In this document: piece by piece, positions 39,101 through 54,100 of the stretch
Position numbering within the stretch: the stretch's first letter is position 1
Layout of the letters: each line of letters starts with the position of its first letter
Source of the DNA: Candidatus Komeilibacteria bacterium
GTDB lineage: Bacteria; Patescibacteriota; Patescibacteriia; UBA1558
Assembly: GCA_048538235.1 (NCBI GenBank)
Contig: JBLYPX010000001.1
Span: forward strand, 594,136 to 658,135
Direction: 5' to 3'
Length of the DNA: 64,000 bases
Program-made: the position numbers and the translations under genes
The notes under the pieces: model-generated
Told to the model about the DNA's origin: nothing
Databases searched by the model: none
What the model saw: only the letters and a program-made list of their open reading frames with translations

Positions 39101-42100
39101 CCTTCTGAATCTGTAATACTACGTATATCTTTAGCTCCAAATCCAAGTCCTGGTAGATATACATAATTATCTCCCGCTACTGATGTAAAGTTGTATGAAA
39201 TATATCCAAGATCTATTGTATTATTCCCAGTTGTTAGATCTATTGGTGTTGAATATTTATCTCCAGCTTTAAGTACAATTGTATCTGCACTATCTGTTTC
39301 AATGTCTAAATCATACCAAATCAAATTATCTGATGCAGATTTATATCCTAAGGCTGTATTTAAATGTGTTTGCTTAATATATTCTGTAGAATTATCTATG
39401 TATGAAATACTTAAGTTTCCGATATTATCTGAAGTAATACTTAAACCATTAACTGTTGATGTAATTTCTGTTGCTGCGTTTAAGCTATTTCCTTCATTAT
39501 CTAGCACTTTATAATATGTCTTATTATCTACTGCCTGGTAAGCAACTATTACTCTATCATTATTAACTACCATGTCTACATTAGAAATAGCAGAAGCATC
39601 AATTGTTGCTGTGTTAGTAATATTCTGAGATTGATCAATTGTAATTGCTTTACCAGCAGTATCGCTATATACAATCATTGCTTCGCCATTTGTTAAACTT
39701 GTGCTAGTAATGTTACTTATTGCTACACTAGCAAATGTTGCTGTTGTGTGAGTATATGTATCTAAATCTATTAAAGATGTCTTACCATAATCTAATTCCC
39801 CATTATCTACATATGAAACCAAAACCTTGTTACCCATTTGAGTAACATTTATGTCTGAAATACTACTATTAATTAATTGTGTTTCAGATTTAATTATAAT
39901 ATTATTCTCAGAAACAATTGCATATTTACCAACTCCGTTATCATTATATGCAATGAATAAATAGCCATTTGTAAGCTCTGCAATATCTAAGCTTGAAGTA
40001 GCTGCACTATTAAAGACTGTTTCATCAGTAGCGATCTCACCATTGCTAGATATTATAACCATTGTTCCATAACTTGAATTACTATCGTCTGTATAGGCAA
40101 TAGCTACGCTGCCATTACTAATTGCAGTAGTTGCAATATTACTTGTTGTTCCTTGGTTAAATACACCCTTAGCAACCACACTGCCATCATTATATATTCT
40201 GTATTTACCTTTATTGCTATCTAAAGAATCTACATAAGCAACTAGAGATAAATTATTATCCATAATCTCAGTTGAAACTTCAGTTGTTGTTGATTCAATA
40301 ATTGTAGACTCTTGCATTTGCTCCCAATATACTTTAGCTGACTCTATTGGTAAATTACTCTTAATTTGTTTCTTAATAGCTTCTGTAAGTTTTGGTGCTA
40401 GAATGTCTCCTTCAACATATAGATCACCATCAATCTCTACACTACCGGTTACTAATAGATCATTCTCTGTTGAAACATTGTCAGCAATAGCTCCCATACC
40501 AACTCTAAGATAACCATTCTTAGCAATCAAAGATGTAAGGTCGTCTGTATTAGAAACTTCTAGATAACTAGTAGAATTTGAAGGTTTTAATGTAATAATA
40601 CTATCTGCTGCATCTGACTGAAGTGTTAAATTACCACTTGTAGACTTTAGAGTTAAATCATTAGTTGTTTGAATCTGGTTATTAGATAACTCCATTTCAT
40701 CTACCTTAACAGCGGTAGCAAAATATCCGCTAGCCCAACGATTAGTAGTAGAACCTAAGTCATACATATTATCTTGATTCAACTGTAAACCGCTCTTAAA
40801 TGTACCCTTTACCTCAATTAAATCATCTGTAGCATTACCTAATATTACTCCACCTTGTAATTCTGTATCTCCACCAGCTGTTAGTGTTCCAGCTACTAAT
40901 AGATTATCTGAAAGTGGATCATACCAAGAGACGTGAACAAAAGCTTCAATAGTACCCGTTGCTGAATTAAAGCTAGAAAGAGCTTTAGCAACAACTGGAC
41001 CAGCGCTGGTTGCTTTCATAGCATAACCATTTCTAGATGATGTTGTTAGATAATCTCCATTATTAATAGCTCCATTATCGTTTGTTACTTTAATAGTAAC
41101 TTTACCAGCAAGTGCTATAGCTCTACCAGCTACACTAGAATTTAATTTAATGGCTGAATTATCTACAACCACACCTACTGCAGATTCCTGGTATTGAGCA
41201 TTAGATTTAACTAAAGTATTCGCCGTATTTGACATTACTACTACATCACCAGCCTCAGGTAAATTTCCTTGATTATCTATTGTAACTGCAAACATTTCTG
41301 ACATGGCAGACATTTCTGTATTTAATGATCCACTCATATCTATACTGCCAGTTGAATCTATTGTTAATACTGTACTATTATTACTATTATTAATATTAAA
41401 CTTTGAAGCGCCGGCATTATCATCCAACTCAAGACTTATACCCCTTACCTGACCTGCAGCACCAGCGTCTGATTTAATTGTTAATCCATTTTCATCTGAA
41501 ACAATAGAGCCTATACCTACGTTTGTTGAACCGATTACCAACTCATCATCTACTTGAACATATGAATTATCTGAAGATAAAGTAAGAGCTGATTCTGTGC
41601 TAATATTACCAGTTGTATAATCAACCATACTTAACACACCACTTAACTCAGTGCTTTGCTCCTGTATAGCATTTAACATAGGCGAAATTAAAGCTGTATA
41701 TTTTACAGAATCTGGCAAACCACTTTGATCATATCCAACAAAAAGTGGGTTAACCGTCTCAACTTCTTCTGCTATCAAACCATAATATTTGACACCAGAA
41801 CCTATACCATTATTAAATGACTCTTTATATTCAAAATTTACTGGTCTTAAATCGTAGAGCCAAGATACATCCTCCATATCTACAATATTTTCTTTAAATC
41901 TAATAGAGGAACCGTTTTTACCAATATTACCTGCAGAATCTACATAAAGTGTTTGTGTTGGTGTAACACCAGTGGTGTATGCTAAAGAGCTTACTAATCT
42001 ATCCGAACTATCTATAACGACTGAACCTGAACCGCTAGCAGCTAAAACAACGTTACTGTTAGTACCTATATCACCACCGGTAATAGTCAACGTACTTTTA

Positions 42101-45100
42101 CTTTGAATCCCGGAAGCCGTACCATTAGCCATATATATATCATTAGCTATTGTCACATCACCAACACCACTAGTCTTTAATGTTCCAGCTACATCTAAAG
42201 TGGCTCCTGGCGAAGACGTATTAATACCAACCCTCTCACTAGTTGGCAATAATAAAAGATCTGTATCTGCAGTTTCTGTAGTTATCTCATTATCATCTAA
42301 TCTTATATCATTAACATCTAATCTATTAAAATCAGCGTAGCCTATGCCAGACACATCCCAACTTGCAGATGATAATATCAACCCATTTGTACCACTACCA
42401 ATTTGAATATCATCAACACCACCACCGGTACCAATATAAATCGTATCTACACCTGTGCTATTACCAATATTTATAGTATCTACCCCAGAACCACCAATAT
42501 TTATTGTATCGTTTCCAGAACTATTTATTGTTGCGCTTCCATTAACATGTAATTTTACACTAGGATTAGTTATGCCAATACCAAGATTTCCTCCTGCTTC
42601 TAGCGTCATCAAATGAGCAGCGTTAGTATCATAAAACCTAATAGCGTTCGAATCACCACTTCCAGTGCCATCATAACCCATACTCATACCATATCCAGAT
42701 GTGTTTTCCCAAAATGTTATACCATTTGTACCACCTGTTGCATTAGATCCTGACAAAATATTTATTATATCTTCGTCCTCGGTAGCTGTTGGAGTTATCG
42801 CACTGCCAAAAGTAGACTTGCCTGCAACATGCAATGTAGTATTAGGAGCTGACGTACCTATACCAACTTCATTAACATCAACATCAACAAAAAGGTCAGT
42901 GGTGTCAACAGCAAAATCAGCTCCTAATACATTCAAATTACTTGTCTGGTAATAAATCCTTCCTGCAGAAGCTGAAACTCCAATATAATTGCCTGTATCA
43001 AGATCAATGTCTCCACTACTAATAAGGACATCGTTAGCTCCATCAACTAATAAACTACTAACGCGAGAAGAGCCGTTAACATCCAACTTATATGCTGGAT
43101 TAGTTGTACCAATACCAACATTTCCAGTACTTTCAATAATCATTCTGTCCGTCAAACTACCAAATTCTTCTTGCACGGTTCTAAATATTAGACCCGTTGA
43201 CGTCTGATCTGTAGCACCATCTAAAAGTGCCCCAATTTGAGCAGTGCCACCATTTGCAGCTGTACCAAATGTTAAATCAGTAGACTCGCCACCAACATTA
43301 ACTGTACTATCATATATTTCTAGTTTAGATCTTGGGTCTGAAGTTCCAATACCGACACTATTCGTATCACTCTCCACAACCAATGTATTATCGTCTACGT
43401 TAAAGTCGTCGCCTGCTGTGTTGCCTAAATCAACATCAATGCCACCTGCAGAAGCATTTAAATAAATAGCATCTGCGGTTGTGTCAGCGGTAGTTAAATA
43501 TATTCTACCCGTTGCTGAGTTTAATCCAATTTGACCAGTAGCAGTTGTTACATCAAATGTTCCGGTTGTTGTACTATCAAAAGTTATAGCATTAGCAGCT
43601 GCATCCACATCTACAGCACCATCAATATCTAGAGAATCACCTTGTATCTCTCCTACTACATCCAATTTAGCAGTCGGATTGCTTGTTCCAACACCAACTT
43701 CATTAGCAGCTGTTACCACTAAAGCATCTCCATCCTGAACAGACCCAACATTAATAGATAAATAATCATCTGTTGCGTCTGTAACATAGAAATTCGCTGC
43801 GATACCCGTTCCTGTTCCATCTGATTCATATAGAAGCAGTCCATAATTTGCATCACTTGGTTGAACAGAAACATAGCTGTCACCATCTAATGTAATGACT
43901 CCGGAATTAGCACTACTTATATTTACAGTGCCTGCACTTGTTACGTTAAGAGCACCAGAAGCTATTGTAGACAATGTTAATGCATTTCCAGTCACAGACA
44001 CATTAGAAGCTATCGCACCATCAATAGAGAAGGACTTAGAATCTATAGTAATTGCATCATTTACATCTACATCTAAATCTCCACCTGTACCAGTCACATT
44101 AATATCTATTGCTGATGTTCCTGTATTACCCGTTGTTAAATCTATCTCTCCTGTGGCTGAGTTTAGAGAAACTTGACCAGCTGCTGTTGTTACATCAAAT
44201 GTACCAGTAGTTGTACTATCAAAGGTTATTGCTCCTGTTCCAGCATCTACGTCTACAACTCCATCTATATCTAGAGAATCACCTTGGATCTCTCCAGCTA
44301 CATCTAATAGAGCGCTAGGCACTGTGGTACCAATACCAACATACTGACCTGGTATTATATTCAAATCTCTTTGAGACTCAATTACCGCATTTCTATCATC
44401 TGCAGCCGCCATATAGATAGTCACATGACCCTGGTTTGCTCCACCAGCTACTCTAAATAAGTTATCTCCCGGCGTAGCACTACCAACAACTTGTAAAGAT
44501 CGTGCTGGAGCACTAGTACCAATACCCAATCTATTATTAACATCATCATAAGCGCTACTACCATCAGACCCAAAGAATATATGTCCTTTAGTAGCATGTG
44601 ATGTAGATGCTAATGTTAAGTCTCCACCAGAGGCTGTACTGCCTTGTATAAGTGGCGATGTAATTGAAGTAGTCACTGCCATTGTTCCTGTAAAATTAGC
44701 TGCTGAAGAAATTGTCTGTCCATTATATGTTCCCATATTAGCGGCTATACCAGTAGTATCTATTCCCCAATCACCAGACGAAAGAGCTAGGGTTCCAGCT
44801 GCACTAATAGATATATTACCATTTGTAGCATTTCCAGCTGTTAAGGCTATTGGACCATTGGTTGTATCCATATCTATACCACCAGCAGCACCAGTTGCAT
44901 TAATATCTATAGCTGCTGCTGTTGTATTAGCTGTTGTGAAGGCAATAGTACCTGTGGTGGCAGTAAAGTCTATATTAGAGGTTGTTGAATCTACATCTAC
45001 AGCTCCATCTATATCTAGAGAATCACCTTGTATTTCTCCAACTACATCTAATGGGGCGGCTGGAGCAGTCACACCAATACCAACCCTATTTGCAGATTGG

Positions 45101-48100
45101 TCAACATATAGTGTGTTAGAGTCTAAATTAATGTCTCCTGTACCATTAGCATTTATTGTAATATTACCGTTTGTATTTGTACTTGTTATAGCGTTACCAT
45201 CTAATCTTAAATTATCTATATTTAATTGCGTACCTGTGATAACACCCGGACCCGTAATACTCCAACTATCACCACTTATTGTATTACCTCTTACATATAT
45301 ATTGTCGCCACTTGATGCACCCAAATATGTATTTGCAGAATATAAATATGTATTACCACTACCACCCGTGACATAAAAATCATTTGCAGTAGCTATTCTT
45401 CCGTTCGTGTCGCTCCAAAAATACTCAGTATCACCAACATACACACCACTATCTGCACGAACTGTTCCTGGTGTATAGATATTACCTGTTAAATTCAGGC
45501 CGCCACCCATAGTTGTTGTTCCGGTTACTTCAAAGCTATCATCTACATATACCTTACCAGTACCACGACCTTCTAGGACAAGATTTGTATTAGTGGCTAC
45601 ATCACCAGCTGTAATATATAGAGGAGCTTTTGAACTAATTGTAGAAGATGTAGCGTTACTCATGTAAATATCGTTCGCAATAGTAACATCTCCTGTACCC
45701 TCCATACTAAACGGTACATAAGAAGTGGCTTGTGAAGGAGATACTGTAAATAAATCATTATCTGACGAATCTGTAATCTTTAATATATCTGAAGTTTGAG
45801 TTGTATGACCTTTTATTGTTAATTGTACTTCATCTGCATCTCCATCTATTAAAACGTTATCATTAACTGTTAACTTACCAGCGATAGCCATTGTCCCGGT
45901 AAAATCGGCTGCGGAAGAAATTGTTTGACCATTTATTAGGCCCGATGTTATTGTACCCGTTCCACTTGTTCCTACATATAGATTACCTGAGGTTTTAGTA
46001 GTTGTTGCTGTAAATAATATGGTTCCATCTGTATCATTATCTATTGTTTCACCATTTTGAAGATTAATATCTGTTGTTATGCCTGTATTACTTATTCCTA
46101 TGGCTGTACCTGATGTACCATCAAGTGTTAATGTGGTTGCACTAGCCGTTCCAGCTACATCTAATTTATACCCTGGATTGGTTATTCCAATACCCACATT
46201 ACCTCCTGCTTCTATAGTCATTCTATCTAAATTATTTGTAGCAATCCTAACGTCTGTATTTTCTCTATTCCAGAAAATAGCCTGCTCAGTTGCATTTACA
46301 CCAACTAACAATCCGTCTGTTGCAGCTGTGCCAGTACCATCTTGTGTTAAATGTATATACGATGTACTACCCGCTGTTGCCTGATGAACTTGCAATGGGC
46401 CAACAGGCGCTGTAATACCAATACCCAATCTATTATTAACATCATCATAAGCGCTATTACTATCTGATCCAAAGAATATATGTCCTTTAGTGGCGTGTGA
46501 AGTAGATTCTAAAGTTAAATCCCCTCCAGAAGCTGCACCACCTTGTACTAATGGTGTTACTACTGAAGTTGAAAATGTACCGGTTGTACCAGAAACAGCT
46601 CCGCCACTAGCCATAGATGCAAAGGAAGCTGCGCCGGCATTTGTAACTGACCATTGTGGGTCTGTAATCTGTACTCCGGCATTTGTGGTACCTATTGAAA
46701 CAGTTCCTGTTCCTGAGTTCATTATATTAATTCCGCCAGCACCATTAGCATTAATTGTTAAGGTTTCATTTGTATCATATGTATCTATTATTGCGCTTCC
46801 GTTATAGCCCAAATCTAATGATGAAGTATATGTTTTGCTTTCATATAACAACAAGTCCCAATCTCCACTATTTAAAGCATCTATACCAATGCCAGAAGAA
46901 TTAGCTGTTCCAATCTTATTAACACTAGCCCCTCTTGTATATATAGTACTACCATCTCCAGAGATAATAGTTGCATTATCTACCTCATAACCACCAGTTG
47001 AATCAATCACACCTGCCACGTCTAATGGATCGTCTGCTGTAATTGAACCAATTCCTACATTACCAGTGATAGCACCTGCTCCAGTTACTGTTAAATCACT
47101 CTGAATGCCAACTTCTCCGCCACCACCTGGCTGCATGACTATATCTTTTGGAGTGCCAGCAGATGTTGCTAAATAGAATGTTCCATAACTTTCAATAGTA
47201 TTACTTGTGTTATCTGTTAAATTAATACCGTTAGCAACAGATAAAGTACCAGTACCTTCAACTGAGAATGGTACATAAGATGTACTTTGTGTTGGAGAGA
47301 CCGTAAACAGGTCAGCTCCAGAACTATCTTCTACTACGAATATATCATTTGTTTGGGTGCTATAGCCTTGAATGATGGTTTGTATCTGATCAGAGGTTCC
47401 ATTTACCATTAATTTAGATGTTGGGTCTGACGTACCAATACCAACCTCATCAGCCGCTGTAACTACTAAGGCATCTCCATCTGTTCCGCTATTTAGATTA
47501 ATAGATAAATAATCATCTGTTGCATCCTTAACATATAAATTAGCATAAGTTCCTGTTCCTGTACCATCAGACTCTCTAATCAACAAACCTAACGTACTAT
47601 TTTCTGACCTTAAATCAATATACGCATTTGTATCTGTACCTGCTACAGTAGATAATATTAAAGCTCCTGAACTGCTTACATACAAATCTGCTATTTCAGC
47701 CGTTTCAGCTGTTCCTCTTAATCTCAAACCGCTTGTATTACTACCTGTGTCTATATCCAATTTAGAAGCTGGATTTGTTATACCTATACCTAAGCTTCCT
47801 CCATTAATATATGAGCTTGCGTTTGAGTGTAATTGAATAGTCTGAGCAGTGCCACTATATACATTTACATAACCATCGTCTTCTGCGTCCTTACCAACAA
47901 CTAATACATTACCATTATCATCCGCTGTTAATCCTAATATATTTTGTGCTCCAGTTGTACTTGTCTTTATAGACAATGGCCAGGCAGGATTAGTCAAACC
48001 AATACCAACTCTATCATTAGTCGCATCAACACTAAAGGTGCTGCCATCCAAACTTAAACCATTTACACCACCAGATAATACAAAGTTTGTATCATTACTA

Positions 48101-51100
48101 AATGTCCAAGCACCAGTATTAACAGATACTGTATCTGCTGTGCTATTACCAATAGCTACATTACCGTTCAATGTTGTTGTTCCGCCTACTGTTAAAGTTG
48201 AATCAAATGAAGCTGCACCCGCACCTGAAATTGACCAATTAGCGTCTGTAATAGCTACATTAGCTGCTGTGGTACCAATAGACACGGCGTCTGCACCACC
48301 ACCAGTTGCTACGTTAATAGTATCCACTGCTGTACCAGTACCAATATTTATTGTTCTTGCTATATTAGTAGAGCCCACATTCAAAGTAGTGGCTGCATTG
48401 GCTAAATTGAAGGCAGCTGAGGCAACATTTAAATCTCCACCAGATATTGTTAAATCTGTGTCTATTGTTAAAGAGTCTGGGGTTCTCAAAACATTAGCAC
48501 TATCCCTGTAGAGTCTAATATCTAAAGGTGATCCTCCGCCAACACCAAATTCTAGACCACTAGAAGATGTTTTTACTATAGGGTTAGCATCACTAGCTGC
48601 ATTATAGACATTTACAGAGCCAGGGCCAACATTTACTTCTGCCCAACGTAATGCTGCTGAACCTAAATCATAAGTATTATCTGTTGATGGTAAGAAATCT
48701 CCTGAAATACTCACACCACCCCCAAGAGTAGTTGTTCCAGTTACTTCAAAATTGTCATCTACATAAACCTTACCAGTACCACGACCTTCTAATACTAAAT
48801 TTGTATTACTACCAACTGCACCTGCTGTAATATATAGAGGAGCCTCTGATGAAATTGTACTTGAAGTTGCATTTGAGAAGAATAAATCATTAGCAATTGT
48901 TACATCACCCGTACCCTCCATACTAAATGGAACATATGAGGTTGCTTGTGAAGCAGACAAACTGAATACAGTATCAATAGCAGAACCAATTGCTGGACGT
49001 ACTCCGAAATTAAAACTATCTGTACTATGACTATACACCAGCTCTGCCATCGCTGTTTGATCAGGATCATTAAAGTAAAAACCGCCTTGCTTATCTGCAG
49101 GAGACATAAAGTCTATCATGGTGTGATTATTATTCTCTAAAGCTAAAGCGCTATATGTTGAGCTATAAATATTTGCTGTTGAATCTCCTTTATATACATG
49201 CAAAATAGCGTTAGGATCATTAGTACCAATACCAACACTATTAGTATCACTTTCAACAACCAAAACATTTCCATCTACATTAAAATCATCACCAGCGCCA
49301 TTACCCAAGTCAATATCTATACCACCAGCAGAAGCATTCAAATAAATTGCTGCTGCTGTAGTATTACCTGTAGTCAAATTAATAAGGCCAGTTGGAGCAT
49401 CTAATGAAATAGGGCCTGCACCTGTAGTATCTACTAAGAAACCTCCTGTACCTGTATTAACATCCAGTGTAGTAGCTCCTGTAACATTACCCAGGGTAAT
49501 TGTTCTGGCTGCTGCTCCTGTACCAATATTAATAGCTTGATCTACTACATCATTACCAATAGATATTGCTGCTCCTGATGAATTAAGTTCTAATACTCCA
49601 GCTGAATCTAATAGCAAAGTTCCGGCTGCACTTGCTGAGATATTACCATTTGTAGCATTTCCAGCTGTTAAGGCTATTGGACCATTGGTTGTATCCATAT
49701 CTATACCTCCAGCAGCTCCAGTTGCATTAATATCTATGGCTGCTGCTGTAGTATTACCTGTTGTTAAATCTATCTCTCCTGTGGCTGAGTTTAGAGAAAT
49801 TTGACCAGCTGCTGTTGTTACATCAAATGTACCTGTTGTAGTACTGTCAAAAGTTATTGCTCCTGTTCCAGCATCTACATCTACAGCTCCATCAATATCT
49901 AGAGAATCGCCTTGTATTTCTCCAATTACATCAAACTTAGCGGTTGGAGCAGTAGTACCAATACCAACCATATTAGCTGAAGCATCAACATATAATGTGT
50001 TTGTATCTACCTGTAAATCACCAGCTTGAGTGCCAGCTGTATAAAAATTGAAGAAATAACTTGAGGTGTCCCAAACTGTCAAATAATCACCAACATCTTG
50101 TATTGTCTGTTCTGACTCGCCAAAACTTAATGCATTACCGTCGATATCTACATTTCCACCAACATTTAAGTTGCTAGATGTGGCGGTTGTTGTAGCAGTT
50201 AACAATATAGTACCATTAGTATCATTACTAATTGTTTCACCATTTTGAAGATTAATATCTGTACCAAATCCTGTGCCAGATATATTTATTGCTGTTCCTG
50301 AATTACCGTCTACAACTAATGTATCTATAGTAGCCGTACCGTCAACAAACAAATCTTGCCATTCATATGTAGCACTACCAATATCATATGAATCATCTGC
50401 TGTTGGTAATAAATCACCTGTAATAGTTCCAAAGTCTGTAGCGCCAGTAATAACTAAGTCACTCTGAATACCAACCTTTCCACCGCCACCTGGTTGTAAT
50501 ACTATATCCTTTGGAGTTCCAGCAGATGTAGCTAAATAGAATGTTCCATAACTTTCAATAGTATTACTTGTACCATCTGTTAAATTAATGCCATTAGCAA
50601 CAGATAAAGTACCAGTTCCTTCTACTGAGAACGGTACATATGATGTACTTTGTGTTTCAGATACAGTAAATAGATCTGCTCCAGCACTATCTTCCACTAC
50701 AAATATATTATTTGTTTGTGTTCCATTACCTTGAACGGTTAATTGCACTTCATCTGCCAAGCCATCAACAAACAATCTAGAAGATGGAGCGTTTGTTCCA
50801 ATACCCACTCTATTAGTGCCACCGTCTACAAATAATGCATTAGCATCTCCATTACTTTCTACTCTAAAGTCTATATCATAACTATCTTCATTAAATGTAA
50901 TATTTCTACCATTACCACCCGTGTTTAATACCCAAGCGGCATCTAAATCCATAGTGTCTTGAAAATCTACAAAATCTAAGGTGTCGTCTGCTACATCGCC
51001 ACCAACAATTGTACTATCTAATATTTCTGTAGAATCAATAGATCCTGCTGGCAATACAACTTCTGCTGTACCAGTACCATCTGTTGCTAGGGTGATAGCA

Positions 51101-54100
51101 TTTGTCACAGAAGTGCCAATGCCAATAGTGGTGTTACTATTAATTGCAATAGCACCAACATCTGCAGATCCCAAAGTTAAGGTTCCGCTACCATTTGGAT
51201 CAATAGTTATACTTCCATTAGTGTCTGTACTAGATAATGTATTACCATCAAGTCTTAAATTATCTCCATTTATTTGAGTGCCACTCATAACACCAGCACC
51301 AGTAATTGACCAATTAGCATCTGTTATAGCCACATTGGCTGCTGTGGTACCAATAGACACGGCGTCTGCACCACCACCAGTTGCTATGTTAATGGTATCT
51401 ATTGCTGTGCCGGTACCAACATTAATTGTTCTGGCTGAATTAGTTGTACCAATATTTATTCCACCAGTGCCATTCGGATTTATGGTTATTGCACCATTTG
51501 TATTTGTACTAGATAATGTATTACCATCAAGTCTTAAATTATCTCCATTTATTTGAGTACCCGTGATAACGCCAGCACCAGTAATATCATAACTTGTGCC
51601 ATCAATAGCATTAGCGCCCATAGTCAAAGTCCCACTCATAGTTGTAGCAGCTAATGTATCAATATTAGCTGTACCGTCAATCCAAAGATCTTGCCATTCA
51701 TAGGTATCTGAACCAATATCGTATGAATCATCTACTGTTGGTAATAAATCACCTGTGATTGTACCAAAGTCTGTAGCGCCAGTAATAACTAAATCACTCT
51801 GTATTCCAACTTCACCACCACCACCTGGTTGTAAGACTATATCCTTTGGAGTACCAGCAGAAGTTGCTAAATAGAATGTTCCATAACTTTCAATGGTGTT
51901 ACTATCATCATCTGTTAAGTTAATACCATTTGCAACAGATAAAGTACCAGTACCTTCAACTGAGAATGGTACATATGATGTGCTTTGTGTTTCAGATACT
52001 GTAAATAGATCTGCTCCAGAACTATCTTCTACTACAAATATATCATTTGTTTGAGTTGAATGACCTTGAACTGTTAACTGTACTTCATCTGTTAAACCAT
52101 TAACAAATAGTTTAGAGGATGGGGCGTTTGTACCAATACCTACTCTATCTGAAGCTGTAACGTTAAATGCGTTTCCATCGGTGCCGCTATTTAAATTTAT
52201 AGATAAATAATCATCTGACGCATCTGTTACGTATAGATTAGCGTAAGTTGACGTACCTGCGCCACTGGATTGCCTAATCAACACACCCGTTGTATCATCC
52301 TCTGATCTTAAATCTATATATGCTTGTGAATCTGTTCCAGCGACAGTAGATAAAACTAGAGCACCGGAACTATTTACAAACAAATCTGCAATTTCAGCTG
52401 TTTCTGCAGTCCCTCTTAACCTTAGACCATTTGCATTACTACCCGTATCTATATCTAATTTAGAAGCTGGATTTGTTATACCTATACCAATATTACCGCC
52501 AGAGTCTTCCGCTAAAATAATATCTCCATCGTATTGCAGTTGGATGTCTGCTCCACCACTTCCTGAATAACCAATGTTCAAATCTGTATTATCTGTATTA
52601 TCTTGGAAATAAATCTCAAACTTATCATAAGCATTCTTTAATTCTAACCCTTGACTTGATCCACCAGAACCCTCAATAGTAAATAAATCTGAAGGGTTTG
52701 TTGTGCCTACGCCCACATATCCAGATGAATTTATAGCAATACCGTTAGCAGCGCTCCAAGTTCCATAATTTAATCTAACTGTATCTGAGCTATCTTCATA
52801 ACCCATATTGAACATTAAATTTGAACCTTGGTAGCCAATCAAACCAACATTATTTGTAGCCCCAGCTGTTAACTTAACTTGAGTATCGCTAGCAGTAGAA
52901 ACGTGCAATATCTTATCTGGAGTAGTTGTTCCAATACCAACCTCTCCTGTTGTTAAAACACTTACTTTTTCAGAACCAGAACTGGACCCAACAGTTGCGC
53001 CTGTATAAATGCCAAACCTTCCACTTACTGTCTTTAAGCCAACTGTTTGACCGGCATTATCTGCAAAAAATAAATTAGCACTCGAAGTAGCTGCGTCTGT
53101 TCTCTGATTAATAACAATACCATTTGCACCACTAGATGTTACATCTAAACTAGTATCTGGACTTGTTGTGCCAATACCAATATTACCTCCGGTATTAAAC
53201 CAAGAATTTCCGCCAGAAGTACCATCTACCGTTATATAGTTTGTGCCATTATTATTTGCAAATAATCTAATAGCACCTGTACCGCCATTACTACCAACTA
53301 ATAAATCTCCAGAGCTCATCTTCAAATCACTGGTTCCTATATATATACCACTACTAAATGTACCGCCATCATTAATTCTCAAATATTCATCTCCGAGCTC
53401 GATAGCAACATCGCCCCTGTCTCTATCATAAATATTGTCTACATATATTGAATTAACATCTACAATGTTGTTTCCTTCCATATCTAAATTACCGCTATAT
53501 GTGGTTGTTCCGGTTACCTCAAAATTATCATCAATAATAACTGAACCACTATTAGCAGCAGATAATGTTAAATCTAAATTACCAGATGGTGATTCAGTCT
53601 GTATATATAATGGAGCTTGGGATTTAATATATGATGCAGTTGGATTAGTAAACACTAAATCATAAGCTATTGAAACATCTCCAGCTGCATTAAAGCTAGT
53701 TGGTACATTAAAATTAGCTTGAGCAGTATCTACATCGAATAAATTACTGCCGACACTATCTTCTACAACAAATATATCACTTGTTTGTGTGCTATGACCC
53801 TGTACTGTTAATTGGACTTCGTCTGTATCTCCATCCACTAATACACCATCTGAAAATTCAAACCTATCATTTGTATTGCTCCATATAATACTTTCTCCCG
53901 TTGTAGAGGAATCTTCGTAGAAGTAGATCTGAGAATCTGCGTCAGCTCCATCAAAATTCAAATAAAGTTGCCCTTCTGATCGTAGTGTTTCACCTCTAAC
54001 CCAAGAAGCTATATCTGCAGTAGAACCTCCAGTAATAGCACCATCTGCATTAAGAGTTCCTTGTACATCTAATAAATAATCTGGAGTTGTGTCTGGACCT

